Shown: positions 1 through 10,464 of the stretch, one piece after another
Layout of the letters: each line of letters opens with the position of its first letter
Numbering within the stretch: position 1 is the stretch's first letter
Source of the DNA: an uncultured delta proteobacterium
GTDB lineage: Bacteria; Myxococcota_A; Polyangia; Fen-1088
Direction of reading: 5' to 3'
DNA: 64,000 nucleotides
NCBI GenBank assembly: GCA_963755125.1
Contig: CAVWIP010000017.1
Span: 288,001 to 352,000 of the forward strand
Translations under genes and position numbers: made by a program
Notes under the pieces: model-generated
What the model saw: only the letters and a program-made list of their open reading frames with translations
Told to the model about the DNA's origin: nothing
Databases searched by the model: none

Positions 1-1847
1 TGCCTCCCGAACTGGCGGCGGTCCTGGCTGACGACCAGCCGGGCCCGGCGCGCAACTTGGTCGAGTTCCTGCGCGCCGACGGACTGCTGCGCTTTCTTCC
101 CATCGTCGCCGGACTGGCGTTGGCCGGGGTAGAGACGGTGGTGGAGTCGCTGCTCTTCCGCAGCGCCATCGACATCGGCCAACGGCTGCCGCTTTTCGAG
201 CAGCGTCTGGCGGCGGCGGGCGCGCTGGTGTTGTTCCTGGCCGCGCTGTTTTTCGTCGAGTGGCCGCTGGCACGGACCCTGTGGGCTGTGGGCAGCCGGC
301 TGGAGATGCTGCTGCGCCAGGCTTTCTTGCGCAAACTGCCCCTGCTCGGGGATCGCTATTTCCAGAGCCGGCCCATCTCCGACATGGCGGAGCGCGCGCA
401 TCTTCTGCACTGGCTGCGCCTGCTGCCCGGGCAGGGTGGCCAGTTGCTGCGCACCATCTGCGAGCTGCTCACCACCACGGCCGGCGTGATCTGGCTGTAC
501 CCGTCAGGCGCGGCGCTGGTGTTGGCGTTGGCGGGGCTGATGCTGGTCCTGCCGCTCTGCTGTCAGCCGGCGCTGGTGGAACGCGATCTGCGCATGCGCG
601 GCCATGCCGGTGGTTTGGCGCGATTCTATCTCGACGCGCTGCTGGGCCTGTCGGCAGTTCGCGCGCACACGGCCGAGCCGGCCCTGCGCGCCGAGCACGG
701 CGGTCGCCTGCGCGAGTGGGCGCGGGCCGCCCGGGACGCCACGCGTCTGGCGGTCCTGGTCGACACTGCACAGGGCCTGCTGGGGTTCGGTCTGGCGGCG
801 ATCATTGTCTTTCGCTATCTGGTGTCAGCCTCGGGCTCGGGCTGGGCGATCCTGATCGTGTACTGGGTTTTCATGCTGCCGTCCCTCGGTCAGGAGATCG
901 CGTTTCTCATCCAGCAGTACCCGCAACACCGCAACGTGACCCTTCGTTTGTTGGAACCGTTGAGTGCGCCTGAGAGCGCGGTCGAAGCTGAGGACAGATC
1001 GCTTCCTCAGTCGGCTGCGACCGGAGTCGCAGTGGATCTGCGCGACGTGCGTGTGAAGGCCGCGGGCAACGAGATTCTGGCGGTCGACACGCTGACCCTG
1101 GCCGCGGGCGAGCACGTGGCCATCGTGGGCTCCTCGGGCGCGGGCAAGTCCAGCCTGGTCGGGCTGCTGCTGGGCTGGTATCGCCCGGACGTCGGCGTGG
1201 TGCGGGTCGACGGACAGGAACTGCGGGGTCGCTGGCTGGACGAGTTGCGGCGGCAGACCGTGTGGGTCGATCCTGCGGTGCAGTTGTGGAACCGGTCGTT
1301 GCTGGAAAATTTTCGCTTTGGCAGCGACGGTGAGCACCGGGCAGTGGGCGATGCAGTGGAGGCCGCGCAGCTCGATGAGGTGCTGGCCCGTCTGCCCATG
1401 GGCCTGCAGACGCCGCTCGGCGCGGGCGGGGCCTTGCTTTCCGGCGGCGAGGGCCAGCGGGTGCGGCTGGGTCGTGCCGTCTGCCGGGGCGCGGCCCGCC
1501 TGGTGATCTTCGACGAGCCCTTCTGCGGGTTGGAGCGCTCGCGCCGGGAAGACCTGCTCAAGGCCGCGCGCGCGCGCTGGGCAGCGGCGACATTCCTCTG
1601 CATCACCCACGACGTCAGCCAGACGCTCGATTTTCCGCGGGTGCTGGTGGTGGACAAGGGACGCGTGGTCGAGGACAGCGCGCCTAAGCAACTGGCCAGC
1701 CAGGCGGACACGCGGTTCGCGCACCTGCTGGCAGCCGAGGTGCGGGCGCGGGCTCGCCTGGAGGGTCCGGAGTGGCGCCATTTGCGACTCGACCAGGGAA
1801 AGCTGGCAGAGCGGACGCTGTCGCGCGCGCAAGGAGAACCTACGTGA
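1..1847 (+). CDS. ABC exporter, fused transmembrane + ATPase domain (5'-truncated by window edge)
   Basis: Frame is open from position 3 (PPELAAVLADDQ...). Hydrophobic helices, Walker A GSSGAGKS, signature LSGGE, Walker B LVIFDE, H-loop ITHD. Confidence 0.9.
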   Translation, partial: PPELAAVLADDQPGPARNLVEFLRADGLLRFLPIVAGLALAGVETVVESLLFRSAIDIGQRLPLFEQRLAAAGALVLFLAALFFVEWPLARTLWAVGSRLEMLLRQAFLRKLPLLGDRYFQSRPISDMAERAHLLHWLRLLPGQGGQLLRTICELLTTTAGVIWLYPSGAALVLALAGLMLVLPLCCQPALVERDLRMRGHAGGLARFYLDALLGLSAVRAHTAEPALRAEHGGRLREWARAARDATRLAVLVDTAQGLLGFGLAAIIVFRYLVSASGSGWAILIVYWVFMLPSLGQEIAFLIQQYPQHRNVTLRLLEPLSAPESAVEAEDRSLPQSAATGVAVDLRDVRVKAAGNEILAVDTLTLAAGEHVAIVGSSGAGKSSLVGLLLGWYRPDVGVVRVDGQELRGRWLDELRRQTVWVDPAVQLWNRSLLENFRFGSDGEHRAVGDAVEAAQLDEVLARLPMGLQTPLGAGGALLSGGEGQRVRLGRAVCRGAARLVIFDEPFCGLERSRREDLLKAARARWAAATFLCITHDVSQTLDFPRVLVVDKGRVVEDSAPKQLASQADTRFAHLLAAEVRARARLEGPEWRHLRLDQGKLAERTLSRAQGEPT

Positions 1848-4003
1848 GCCGCCAGCGCGCGGGTGCTGCGACGATCGCGAGCCCTGCGGCTGCCGCCTGG
1901 CCAGGCAGCAGGCTGGGCGAGGCTCTGGTGGCTGTGAGCGAGCGGCTTTTGCCCCAGCGCCGGGCGCCCCGGCTGCAAGATCCGCCGTCCGACATCGGAG
2001 ACGGTCCTGCGCTCGCTGGCTTTGTGGAGGATGCTGCCTGTCAGCTCGGCTTGGAAGTCGAGGCGGTGGACGCAGGGGTTGCGACCGTGCGTGGGCTTCT
2101 GGCCGAGGGTGGCCCGGTGCTGGTTGCGCGCCCGGGGCCGGGCAGCTCGTTGCAGTTCTTGGTGCTGCTGGGCTGCGACCGGCGCGGGCGTGCGGCGGAT
2201 GCGCTGGGCGCTGACCGGCGTGTGCACCGCCTTGCTGCCGCCGAGATAGATGCCTGGCTCGACGACGAGACGCGTGGTTCGGACAGCGAGGCCTTTGCTG
2301 GTTTCTGTTCGGCCATGGGCCTTGCCGCTGGCGATCGGAAAAAGGCGAACCGGATCCTGGGCCGCGCCGCCAGGCCCGGCCGGCCGTCGGTGGGTTGGGC
2401 GTTGCACCCGGCTGCCAGCGGCATGGGCGAACGGTTCCGCCAATCGGGCGCCAGTCGAGTGGTTGGTACTGCGCTGGTTTCGTATCTGACCGCCTTCGCG
2501 CTCATGGTGGGCTCGTGGTGGTTGCTCGGGGCCGCGGCGCTGCAGGGGCATCTGGAACGCGGCTGGCTTTGCGCGTGGGCCATGTTGTTGCTGACCTTCG
2601 TGGCGCGTCGGGCAAGCGGAGTGTGGGCTGCCGGCCGTCTGGCCGTGCAGGTGGGTGGACTGGTGCGCGAACGCTTGCTGGAGGGCATCTTGCGTCTGCC
2701 CGCCGACCAGGTGCGGGTCAAGGGGATCGGGCACCTGCTGGGCACTGTGCTGGAGGCTGACGCGCTCGACGCTTTCGCGCGCACCGGCGGGCCCACGCTG
2801 TTCGCCGACGTGTTCCAGTTCTTCTTCGGCGCCGTGGTGTTGCTGCTGGGTGCTGCGCCCATGTTTCACCTTGCCCTGCTGGCGATCTGGCTGCTGCTGG
2901 CGGCTGGACTGGTGCGGCGTCTTTACCGACGGTTGCTCGACTGGGCCGACGCGCGCATGGCGCTCACCGACGAGTTGGTGGAGACCATGGTGGGCTATCG
3001 AACCCTGGTGGCGCAGCAGCCGGCGGGGCAGCGAGACGAGGACCGGGGTTTGGCCGCGTACGGCCGCAAGCAGGCGGCGCTGGACGACGAGATGGCACGC
3101 CTGTCGGTGCTCTTGCCGCGAGGCTGGCTGGTACTCGCTGTGGCGGCGCTCGCCCCCGGCTTTGCCACCGGCTCGGCGCAAAGCGCGGGCCTTGCGGTCA
3201 GCCTGGGCGGCGTGTTGCTGGTTTACCTGGCCTTTCGCCGCGTGGCCATGGAGACAGGGCCGGGCCTGGCCGCGGCCTGGCTTGGCTGGAAACGCACGCG
3301 GCCTCTGTTCGAGATGGCGTCGTCGAAGACCGAAGGGGAAGAGAGCGTGGCGGTGCTGCCCACCGAAGTGGACGAGGCGAGTGCGGGCCGGCGCGGGCTG
3401 CTGGTAGGCCGCGATGTGAGCTTCAGCTACCCGGGCCGGCTGGAGCCGGTGCTGCGAGGGTGCAACATCGAGATTCGGCGGGGCCAGCGCATTCTCATCG
3501 AGGGGCCGTCGGGTTCGGGCAAGTCGACGTTGGGCGCGCTTCTGTGCGGGCTGCGCCAGCCGTCAAGCGGTCTGTTGCTGCTGGGCGGATTCGACCACCA
3601 CAGCCTGCGTCCCGAGCGCTGGCGCCAGCGTGCCGCCGGCGTGCCCCAGAGCCACGAGAACCACATCCTGTCCGCGCCGCTGCTGTTCAACATCGCCATG
3701 GCCCGTCGCTGGCCCCCGCATGCACAAGACGAGCAGGAGATCGAGGCGATCTGTCGCGAACTGGGCCTGTCGGACCTGATTGCGCGCATGCCGGGAGGGC
3801 TGCAACAGATGGTGGGGGACAGTGGCTGGCAGCTTTCGCACGGCGAGCGCAGCCGTGTGTGCGTGGCGCGGGCGCTTCTGCAGCAGGCGGACCTGCGTGT
3901 GCTCGACGAGAGCTTCGCCGCCCTGGATCCCGAAACCCTGGACCGAGTGCTCGAGTGCGTGGTGAGACGCTCGGAGACGTTGGTGGTGGTTTCGCACGCG
4001 TAG
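1844..4003 (+). CDS. ABC exporter, fused TMD-NBD with N-terminal extension; probable heterodimer partner of the upstream gene
   Basis: GTG start overlaps the upstream TGA (GTGA); AAGGAG RBS at 1831-1836. Walker A GPSGSGKS, LSHGE, VLDE. Confidence 0.88.
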   Translation: MSRQRAGAATIASPAAAAWPGSRLGEALVAVSERLLPQRRAPRLQDPPSDIGDGPALAGFVEDAACQLGLEVEAVDAGVATVRGLLAEGGPVLVARPGPGSSLQFLVLLGCDRRGRAADALGADRRVHRLAAAEIDAWLDDETRGSDSEAFAGFCSAMGLAAGDRKKANRILGRAARPGRPSVGWALHPAASGMGERFRQSGASRVVGTALVSYLTAFALMVGSWWLLGAAALQGHLERGWLCAWAMLLLTFVARRASGVWAAGRLAVQVGGLVRERLLEGILRLPADQVRVKGIGHLLGTVLEADALDAFARTGGPTLFADVFQFFFGAVVLLLGAAPMFHLALLAIWLLLAAGLVRRLYRRLLDWADARMALTDELVETMVGYRTLVAQQPAGQRDEDRGLAAYGRKQAALDDEMARLSVLLPRGWLVLAVAALAPGFATGSAQSAGLAVSLGGVLLVYLAFRRVAMETGPGLAAAWLGWKRTRPLFEMASSKTEGEESVAVLPTEVDEASAGRRGLLVGRDVSFSYPGRLEPVLRGCNIEIRRGQRILIEGPSGSGKSTLGALLCGLRQPSSGLLLLGGFDHHSLRPERWRQRAAGVPQSHENHILSAPLLFNIAMARRWPPHAQDEQEIEAICRELGLSDLIARMPGGLQQMVGDSGWQLSHGERSRVCVARALLQQADLRVLDESFAALDPETLDRVLECVVRRSETLVVVSHA

Positions 4004-4034
4004 CACGTGGCGTTCGCACAGGACGCGGCTCCCG

Positions 4035-4694
4035 CTACTTTGCGCGTGCCTGTTGAACCAACTCGACGAACAGTCGCGCGCGCTCGGTCACCAGATCGTC
4101 GCGTCCCTCGCGCAAGGCCTTGACGTCGACCAGATCGCCGCCCACGCCCAGGGCTTCGGCGCCCGCCTTGATGAAGGCCGCAGCGGTCTGCAATGAAACC
4201 CCACCGGTGGGGACCAACTTGATGTGCGGCAGTGGCGCCTTGAGCGCCTTGAGGTAGCTCGCCCCACCCACCGCGCCCGCCGGGAACACCTTCACGAAAT
4301 CGGCGCCAGCCGACCAGGCAGTCACCACCTCGGTCGGGGTCAGCGCGCCCGGCATCACCAGCACGCCCTGCTGTCCACAGAAGGCAATCGTCTCGAGGTT
4401 GAGCGCGGGGCTCACGATGAACTGGGCGCCAGCCTCGATGCACGCGCGCGCGGTCTGCGCATCGAGCACCGTGCCGGCGCCGATGATGACTTCGGGATCG
4501 ATCTCGGCGCTCAGTTCCTTGATTACGTTCACCGCACCAGGGACCGTCATCGTGATCTCGAGCACCGAGATCCCGCCCTTGAGGATGGCCGCCACTGCCC
4601 GGCGGGCCATGTCGGTGGATTCGGCCCGGACCACGGGAATGATGCCGATAGCCGTGAGACGGCTGCTGACTTCCGATTTGTCGCGCGACTTCAT
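4035..4694 (-). CDS. eda: KDPG/KHG aldolase
   Basis: Motifs IIPVVR, EITM, GAGTV, FIVSP, KVFPA, PTGGV; adjacent to a KDG kinase. Confidence 0.95.
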   Translation of the reverse strand: MKSRDKSEVSSRLTAIGIIPVVRAESTDMARRAVAAILKGGISVLEITMTVPGAVNVIKELSAEIDPEVIIGAGTVLDAQTARACIEAGAQFIVSPALNLETIAFCGQQGVLVMPGALTPTEVVTAWSAGADFVKVFPAGAVGGASYLKALKAPLPHIKLVPTGGVSLQTAAAFIKAGAEALGVGGDLVDVKALREGRDDLVTERARLFVELVQQARAK

Positions 4695-4713
4695 GATGGT
4701 TTTCTCCTGCAGT

Positions 4714-5814
4714 TCAACGTGCCACGCGTGCGCTGCCGCCCTTCATGGCCTTTTCGACTTCTGCCAGGGTCGCCATGGTGGTGTCGCCCGGTGTGGTCAT
4801 GGCCAGGGCTCCGTGCGCGGCTCCACACTCCACAGCCCATTGCGCGGATCGACCGGCGAGAAGCCCGTAGATCAAGCCGGACGCGAACGAGTCACCGCCG
4901 CCCACCCGATCGTAGATTTCCAGATTGTTGCGTACCGGCGCCGAATAGAGTTGTCCCTGGTAGTGGCAGACGGCTCCCCAATCGTTGCACGTCGCGCTCT
5001 TGGCATTGCGCAAGGTGGTGGCCACCAGCTTCAGATTCGGGTACGCGGCGACCACGCGCTCGATCATGCGGCGGAAGCTTTCGGGATCCAGCTTCGACAG
5101 GTTCTCGTCCACGCCCTCCACCTCGAAGCCGAGCGCCGCCGTGAAATCCTCCTCGTTGCCGAACAGCACGTCGATTTGCGACACCACCTCGCGGTTCACT
5201 TCGATGGCGCGCTTGCGCCCGCCGATGGCCTTCCACAGCGACTCGCGGTAGTTGAGGTCGTAGGAAGATACAGTGCCGTTTTCTCGCGCGGCCTGCAGGG
5301 CTTCCTTGGCCACCAGGGGCGCGGTTTCCGACAGGGCACAGAAGATCCCGCCGGTGTGCAACCAGCGTGCGCCTTCCTGCTGGAAGATCAGTTTCCAGTC
5401 GATGTCGCCAGGTCGAAGCTGCGACACGGCGGTGTGGCCGCGATCCGAGCAGCCGAGCGCGGCGCGCAGCCCGAATCCGCGTTCGGTGAAGTTCAGGCCG
5501 TTGCGAACCGTACGGCCGACGCCGTCGTAGGCGACCCACTTGACGTGCGATTGGTCCACGCCTCCCTGGTACACGAGATCCTGGACCAGCCGGCCGACCG
5601 GGTTGTCGGCCAGGGCCGTGACCACCGCGGTCTTCAGGCCGAAACAGCGGTGCAGCCCGCGCGCGACGTTGTACTCGCCGCCGCCTTCCCAAACGCGGAA
5701 TGAACGCGTGGTCGCGATACGATTGTCCCCGGGATCGAGGCGCAACATGATCTCGCCCAGGCTGACGAGATCCCACTTCGCGCTTGCTTCGGGCTTGGTC
5801 TTGAGTGCTTCCAT
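4714..5814 (-). CDS. kdgK: 2-keto-3-deoxygluconate kinase (PfkB family)
   Basis: GEIMLRL, GGGEYNVA, YDLNYRESLW, DRVGGGDSF. Confidence 0.92.
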   Translation of the reverse strand: MEALKTKPEASAKWDLVSLGEIMLRLDPGDNRIATTRSFRVWEGGGEYNVARGLHRCFGLKTAVVTALADNPVGRLVQDLVYQGGVDQSHVKWVAYDGVGRTVRNGLNFTERGFGLRAALGCSDRGHTAVSQLRPGDIDWKLIFQQEGARWLHTGGIFCALSETAPLVAKEALQAARENGTVSSYDLNYRESLWKAIGGRKRAIEVNREVVSQIDVLFGNEEDFTAALGFEVEGVDENLSKLDPESFRRMIERVVAAYPNLKLVATTLRNAKSATCNDWGAVCHYQGQLYSAPVRNNLEIYDRVGGGDSFASGLIYGLLAGRSAQWAVECGAAHGALAMTTPGDTTMATLAEVEKAMKGGSARVAR

Positions 5815-5942
5815 GGGCAGATCACCGACGAATCGATTGGCCCGTGAGCGTACAGGAGAGGGAGCACGCGATCAAATGCGCGGTGGTCTTCGGATAGGCG
5901 GCAACAATAGGTCCGGCCCCGCGCACGCGCTATAGTCGAGTC

Positions 5943-7199
5943 GTGGCTACGAAGAAGGATCACGGAAAGGCGGGAGGACGCGAGAGCCCTACGAAGACTC
6001 CCATCCTGAGACCACAACGTCGCAAACAGGCGTTCTCGGTCTTCGGCGGCGCGGTGGAAAAGGCCGGCGACCGCGAAAGTGCGACGGCGTTGGCCGAGTT
6101 GCTGGTCCCGGACCCCGGCCTGGCGCGCGCGCTCACCCACGGGTTTCACAGCTACGCGGGTCGCATGCACCCGTCCACGGCGCGGGTCGCGATCGCGCGC
6201 TTCTCGCATCCCGGCCATGACGTGCTGGATCCTTTCTGCGGCAGCGGCACCGTCCTGGTCGAGGCCATGGCGGCGGGTCGCAAGGCGGTAGGCAGCGATG
6301 CCAGCCCGCTGGCCGCGATCATCGCGCGCGTGCGCTCGACCACCTTGGGACCGGAAGGCCGCCAGCGTCTGGTGGAGAGCGCGCGGCAGATCGCCGAGGA
6401 GGCAGCCGAGCGCGCCCGCAAGCGCCAGCGGCCCGACATCCCCGTGTGGGCGAGCCGGGAAAAGGACCGATTCTTTCCCCATGTCGCGCTTGAACTCTAC
6501 GGTTTGCGCGCGCTTATCGGCGAGACCAAGGAGGACGACGTGGGCCGCGCCTTGCGCGCTTGCCTGTCGTCGATCCTGGTGAAGTTCATGCGCGGCAGCG
6601 ACGAGGCCGAAGCCCGGCGCATCGGCCGAGGCGTGCCGTCGCACTTTTTCGCGAGCCGCGCCGAGGAACTGGCTTGTGGCCTGGAGGCGTTGGAGCGGCG
6701 AACACCGGCGGGAACGCCCACGCCGCAGATTCGTGTGGCCGACGCGCGGAATTTGAGCCCGCTGGCGGCCGGTGGGTTCGACCTGATCCTGTCGTCGCCG
6801 CCCTACGCCGGAACCTACGACTACGCCGAGCACCACGACGTGCGCTTTCTCTGGTTGGGGCTGCCCCGCGCGAATCTGGATCGCGTGCAGGTGGGCGCGC
6901 GCGACGAGGGGTTGGGGTCAGCGGCCCAGCGCTGGTGTCAGGATCGGCGGCGCTGGTTGTCGGAGATGGCGCGCGTGGCCCGTCGGGGCGCGGCCATCAT
7001 CCTGCAGGTCGGTGACGGCGTGGTGGCGGGTGCGCCCGAGGACGCCGCGGGAGCGGTCGAGGACGAGGCTCGCCGTCAGGGCCTTGTCCCGGTGGCGCGT
7101 GTGTCGCAGGCGCGGCCGCCCCATGACTATCGCCTACGCCAGATTTTCGCCGGCCGCCCACGCCGGGAACACATCGTGCTTCTGCGCAAAGGCGGATAG
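5943..7199 (+). CDS. SAM-dependent amino-methyltransferase, probably DNA N4-C/N6-A type
   Basis: HGFHSY, motif I DPFCGSGT, motif IV SSPPY. No adjacent endonuclease. Confidence 0.75.
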   Translation: MATKKDHGKAGGRESPTKTPILRPQRRKQAFSVFGGAVEKAGDRESATALAELLVPDPGLARALTHGFHSYAGRMHPSTARVAIARFSHPGHDVLDPFCGSGTVLVEAMAAGRKAVGSDASPLAAIIARVRSTTLGPEGRQRLVESARQIAEEAAERARKRQRPDIPVWASREKDRFFPHVALELYGLRALIGETKEDDVGRALRACLSSILVKFMRGSDEAEARRIGRGVPSHFFASRAEELACGLEALERRTPAGTPTPQIRVADARNLSPLAAGGFDLILSSPPYAGTYDYAEHHDVRFLWLGLPRANLDRVQVGARDEGLGSAAQRWCQDRRRWLSEMARVARRGAAIILQVGDGVVAGAPEDAAGAVEDEARRQGLVPVARVSQARPPHDYRLRQIFAGRPRREHIVLLRKGG

Positions 7200-7261
7200 T
7201 TGTCCGGCCTCGGACCAAGCCTCTCCCCACGCGGCCGGTTCCTGCGGTAGACTGGCGCCAC

Positions 7262-8638
7262 ATGACGGCCGTTCTGCAGGACAAGACCGTGGTGCTTGGC
7301 GTGACCGGCGGTATATCGGCTTACAAGGCAGCCGAGTTGTGCCGGCTTCTGCGCAAGGCCGGGGCGCGCGTCGAGGTCGTGATGACACCTGCCGCCTGTG
7401 CGTTCATCACGCCTCTCACCATGCAGGCCCTGTCGGGCAACCCGGTGGCCACCGAGATGTTCGAGGCCACCTTACAGTCGCACATCGGTCACATCGAGTT
7501 GGCCTCACGCGCGGACATCGTCGTGGTGGCGCCAGCCACCGCGGATGCCATTGCCCGATTTGCCGCTGGCATGGCCAACGATCTCTTGGCCGCAGTCGTG
7601 CTAGCCACCCGTGCGCCTGTACTGTTGGCGCCGGCCATGAACAGCAACATGTGGGACAACCCCATCACCCAGGCGAATCTGACCAGGTTGACCGAGACGG
7701 GCCGCTTCTCCACGGTGGGTCCCGACGCGGGCGAACTGGCCTGCGGCTGGGTGGGCGCCGGTCGGCTGGTTTCGCCTGCCGAGATCGTCGCCGCCATCGA
7801 GTCGCGCCTTGCCGGTGCGCCCGAGACAACCAGAGCCGAGGGCGCGCTGGCCGGCCGCCGCATCGTGGTCACCGCGGGACCCACCTGGGAGGCGGTGGAC
7901 GACGTGCGGTTTCTCGGCAATCGTTCGTCGGGCAAGATGGGTTTTGCCCTGGCGCAGACCGCGGCTGCGCAGGCTGCTGACGTGACCCTCATCGCGGGGC
8001 CAGTGGCCTTGGCCACGCCAATTGGTGTCGCCCGTCGCACGGACGTGGAATCGGCCCAGGAGATGCGCGAGGCCTTGCGTCGCGTGGCCTTGCAGGCCGA
8101 CGTGGTGGTGATGGCGGCGGCGGTGGCTGATTTCCGTCCCGGCGTGCGTGTCCTGGGCAAGCTCTCGCGCCGTGCTGCCTCGGCCGCCACCCGTCCGGCG
8201 CGCACCCTGCCACTGGTCGCCAACCCGGATCTGTTGGCCGAACTCGGGCGCGAACGCAAAGGCCGGTCGCCCTTCCTGGTGGGATTCGCAGCCGAGGTCG
8301 GGGTGTCGGGCGAGGCACTGGTGGCGCGCGCGCGGCAGAAGCTGACCGAGAAGGGGTGCGACGTCGTGGTGGCGAACGAAGTGGGCAAGGCCGGTCTGGG
8401 CTTGGGCGCTGAGTACAACGCGGTTACCATGGTCTTTGCCGATGGACGCATCGTCGATTTGCCGGCCGATCGCAAAGAAGCAATTGCCGTGAAGATATGG
8501 GACACCATCACCACCTTCTATCTGGCGCAGACCGGGGCGCTGGCGTCGAACAAGTCCGGCCCGGCGTCCGATGGGCTTTCCCCGATTTCTCCCCGCAAGC
8601 GCCGCGCCCGCCGCGGCCGAAAGGGCACGGATGTCTAG
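7262..8638 (+). CDS. coaBC: Bifunctional phosphopantothenoylcysteine decarboxylase/ligase
   Basis: GVTGGISAYKA, HIEL, PAMN, GELACG, TAGPT, NRSSGKMG, AAVADF, GFAAE. Confidence 0.96.
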   Translation: MTAVLQDKTVVLGVTGGISAYKAAELCRLLRKAGARVEVVMTPAACAFITPLTMQALSGNPVATEMFEATLQSHIGHIELASRADIVVVAPATADAIARFAAGMANDLLAAVVLATRAPVLLAPAMNSNMWDNPITQANLTRLTETGRFSTVGPDAGELACGWVGAGRLVSPAEIVAAIESRLAGAPETTRAEGALAGRRIVVTAGPTWEAVDDVRFLGNRSSGKMGFALAQTAAAQAADVTLIAGPVALATPIGVARRTDVESAQEMREALRRVALQADVVVMAAAVADFRPGVRVLGKLSRRAASAATRPARTLPLVANPDLLAELGRERKGRSPFLVGFAAEVGVSGEALVARARQKLTEKGCDVVVANEVGKAGLGLGAEYNAVTMVFADGRIVDLPADRKEAIAVKIWDTITTFYLAQTGALASNKSGPASDGLSPISPRKRRARRGRKGTDV

Positions 8639-9617
8639 CGCTTCACGCGAAGAGAAACTGCGGGCCTATGCGGGCCACGCCAGCGAGCGGCTGGTCGGGG
8701 CTGGCCAGATCCTGGCTGGGCGCCAGGCCATGGGTGGGCCGGCGCGCGGAAACGTGCCGCCCTGGCCGGGGTCCGAAGACCCAGATTTTCACGGCACCTT
8801 GTCGGCCATCTGGGTGTGGTCGCGCGCGCAGGCACTATCGGCCAACGATCACTTCTCGCTCAACATTGCGGCGGCTTGGGACTTCGTCAACAACCATTGG
8901 GACCATTTCATCCCCATGGCTCTCGGTCCGGCGGCCAGCGATGAGGCGGCCTATGACTGCGCCATGGTGCTGCGGGCCGCGCTTGCCGACCCGGACGTTC
9001 TGCGTTCTGACGTCGAGGACGATCGGCGGCATGATCGCGCGGCCTCGGCGGCGCGCTTGCTGGGGGCGTATGTCAACGATCTGGAGAGCCCCACTGGCCG
9101 CGAATTTCGCGATCCCGGCTTCCTGGCGTGGAGCCTGGGCGACTACGCCAGGAAGGCGGGCGACCGAGGCCTCAGTTCGATGGTTCGTCGCTTCGTCGAG
9201 GCGGCTTACGGCATGAAGAGCCCACCGCCCTTTGCCTCGGAGCCGGCCGCACGGGATGGCCTGTTCGATTTTTCGTGCACGACTGCCACGCGGGTTCTGG
9301 CGGTGTTGGGCGCCGAGGGTCCCACCCCCTTCATCGGGGCCTGGTTGCGCGAGCGGGTCGGGGCTGCCATCGCGCGGACCTTTGTGGCTCGGCCGATGGA
9401 CGAGAACACCTGGAACGCGTGCGCCGCGGTGGTGACTGGCCAGGCCTATGCGGTGTCGACCGACCCCATGTTCTTCGAGGTTCATGGCGCGATCCTGGCA
9501 GAACTGGATCGACGGGCAGAGCGGGGGGCTCTGGGCCGCCAGCCTGGTTTCTCGGCGGAAACCGCCGCGACCTTCTACTACGCCATGGCGGTGGACGCGC
9601 CGCTGGCCAAGGGCTGA
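8631..9617 (+). CDS. Hypothetical protein, about 328 aa, probably alpha-helical
   Basis: ATG overlaps the coaBC end by 8 nt and the stop is 1 nt before the UDG start; protein-like composition. Confidence 0.75.
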   Translation: MSSASREEKLRAYAGHASERLVGAGQILAGRQAMGGPARGNVPPWPGSEDPDFHGTLSAIWVWSRAQALSANDHFSLNIAAAWDFVNNHWDHFIPMALGPAASDEAAYDCAMVLRAALADPDVLRSDVEDDRRHDRAASAARLLGAYVNDLESPTGREFRDPGFLAWSLGDYARKAGDRGLSSMVRRFVEAAYGMKSPPPFASEPAARDGLFDFSCTTATRVLAVLGAEGPTPFIGAWLRERVGAAIARTFVARPMDENTWNACAAVVTGQAYAVSTDPMFFEVHGAILAELDRRAERGALGRQPGFSAETAATFYYAMAVDAPLAKG

Positions 9618-9618
9618 G

Positions 9619-10419
9619 ATGGATCACCTGGCGGGTGAGTTGCGCGCCATTGCCGCTGGCATCCGGACCCACCTGGAGGCTCGGGCGCGGGCCGGCCTGG
9701 TCGGGGTGTCGCGGGCGCCTTGCCCACGCATGAAGCGCGCCGGCGACGTGCAGGCGGACGCTTGTGCGCCTCCGGCGGCGGAGGTCCAGCCCCTGACCGA
9801 CCCTGCCGATCTGGAGACGGCCTTCGCCGCGGACAGTGAGCCGATCCTGCCCCACGCAGGTCACGGCCTGACCCTGGTGCGTGCCGAGTTGGGCGACTGC
9901 CAGCGCTGCAAGCTGGCCAAGGGCCGCCGCCACATCGTGTTCGGCACGGGCAACCCCGAGGCGCACCTGATGTTCGTGGGCGAGGGACCGGGGGCCGACG
10001 AGGATGCGCAAGGCGAGCCCTTCGTGGGCGCGGCCGGGCAACTTCTCACCAAGATGATCCAGGCCATGCAGCTTGCGCGCGAAGACGCGTACATATGCAA
10101 CGTGGTGAAGTGCCGTCCGCCGGGCAACCGCGACCCTGAGCCCGACGAGGTGGCGGCGTGCGAGCCGTTCCTCAAGAAGCAGATCGCCGTTGTCCAGCCA
10201 CGCGTGATTGTGGCTCTGGGCAAGTTCGCAGCCCACCTGCTGACCGGCGAGCACACGCCCATCACGCGCCTGCGTGGCAATCTCAAGCACTATCAGGGCA
10301 TCCCGGTGATGCCGACCTATCACCCCGCCTATCTTCTGCGCGACGAGAGCCGCAAGCGCGAGGCGTGGCACGACTTGAAGGAGGTCATGTCCCTATTGAA
10401 GCACATGGGTCTGATTTAG
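9619..10419 (+). CDS. udg: Family 4 uracil-DNA glycosylase, Fe-S type
   Basis: [28 protein letters not shown]. Start moved to ATG 9619. Confidence 0.93.
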   Translation: MDHLAGELRAIAAGIRTHLEARARAGLVGVSRAPCPRMKRAGDVQADACAPPAAEVQPLTDPADLETAFAADSEPILPHAGHGLTLVRAELGDCQRCKLAKGRRHIVFGTGNPEAHLMFVGEGPGADEDAQGEPFVGAAGQLLTKMIQAMQLAREDAYICNVVKCRPPGNRDPEPDEVAACEPFLKKQIAVVQPRVIVALGKFAAHLLTGEHTPITRLRGNLKHYQGIPVMPTYHPAYLLRDESRKREAWHDLKEVMSLLKHMGLI

Positions 10420-10425
10420 CCGAAG

Positions 10426-10460
10426 CCGGCTCCGGCAGCCGATCCGTGGCCGGTAGCCGG
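10426..10460. terminator. GC-rich hairpin between convergent genes, possible terminator
   Basis: CCGGCT-CCGGC (10426-10436) pairs with GCCGG-T-AGCCGG (10449-10460); no strong U tract. Confidence 0.4.
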
Positions 10461-10464
10461 ATTG

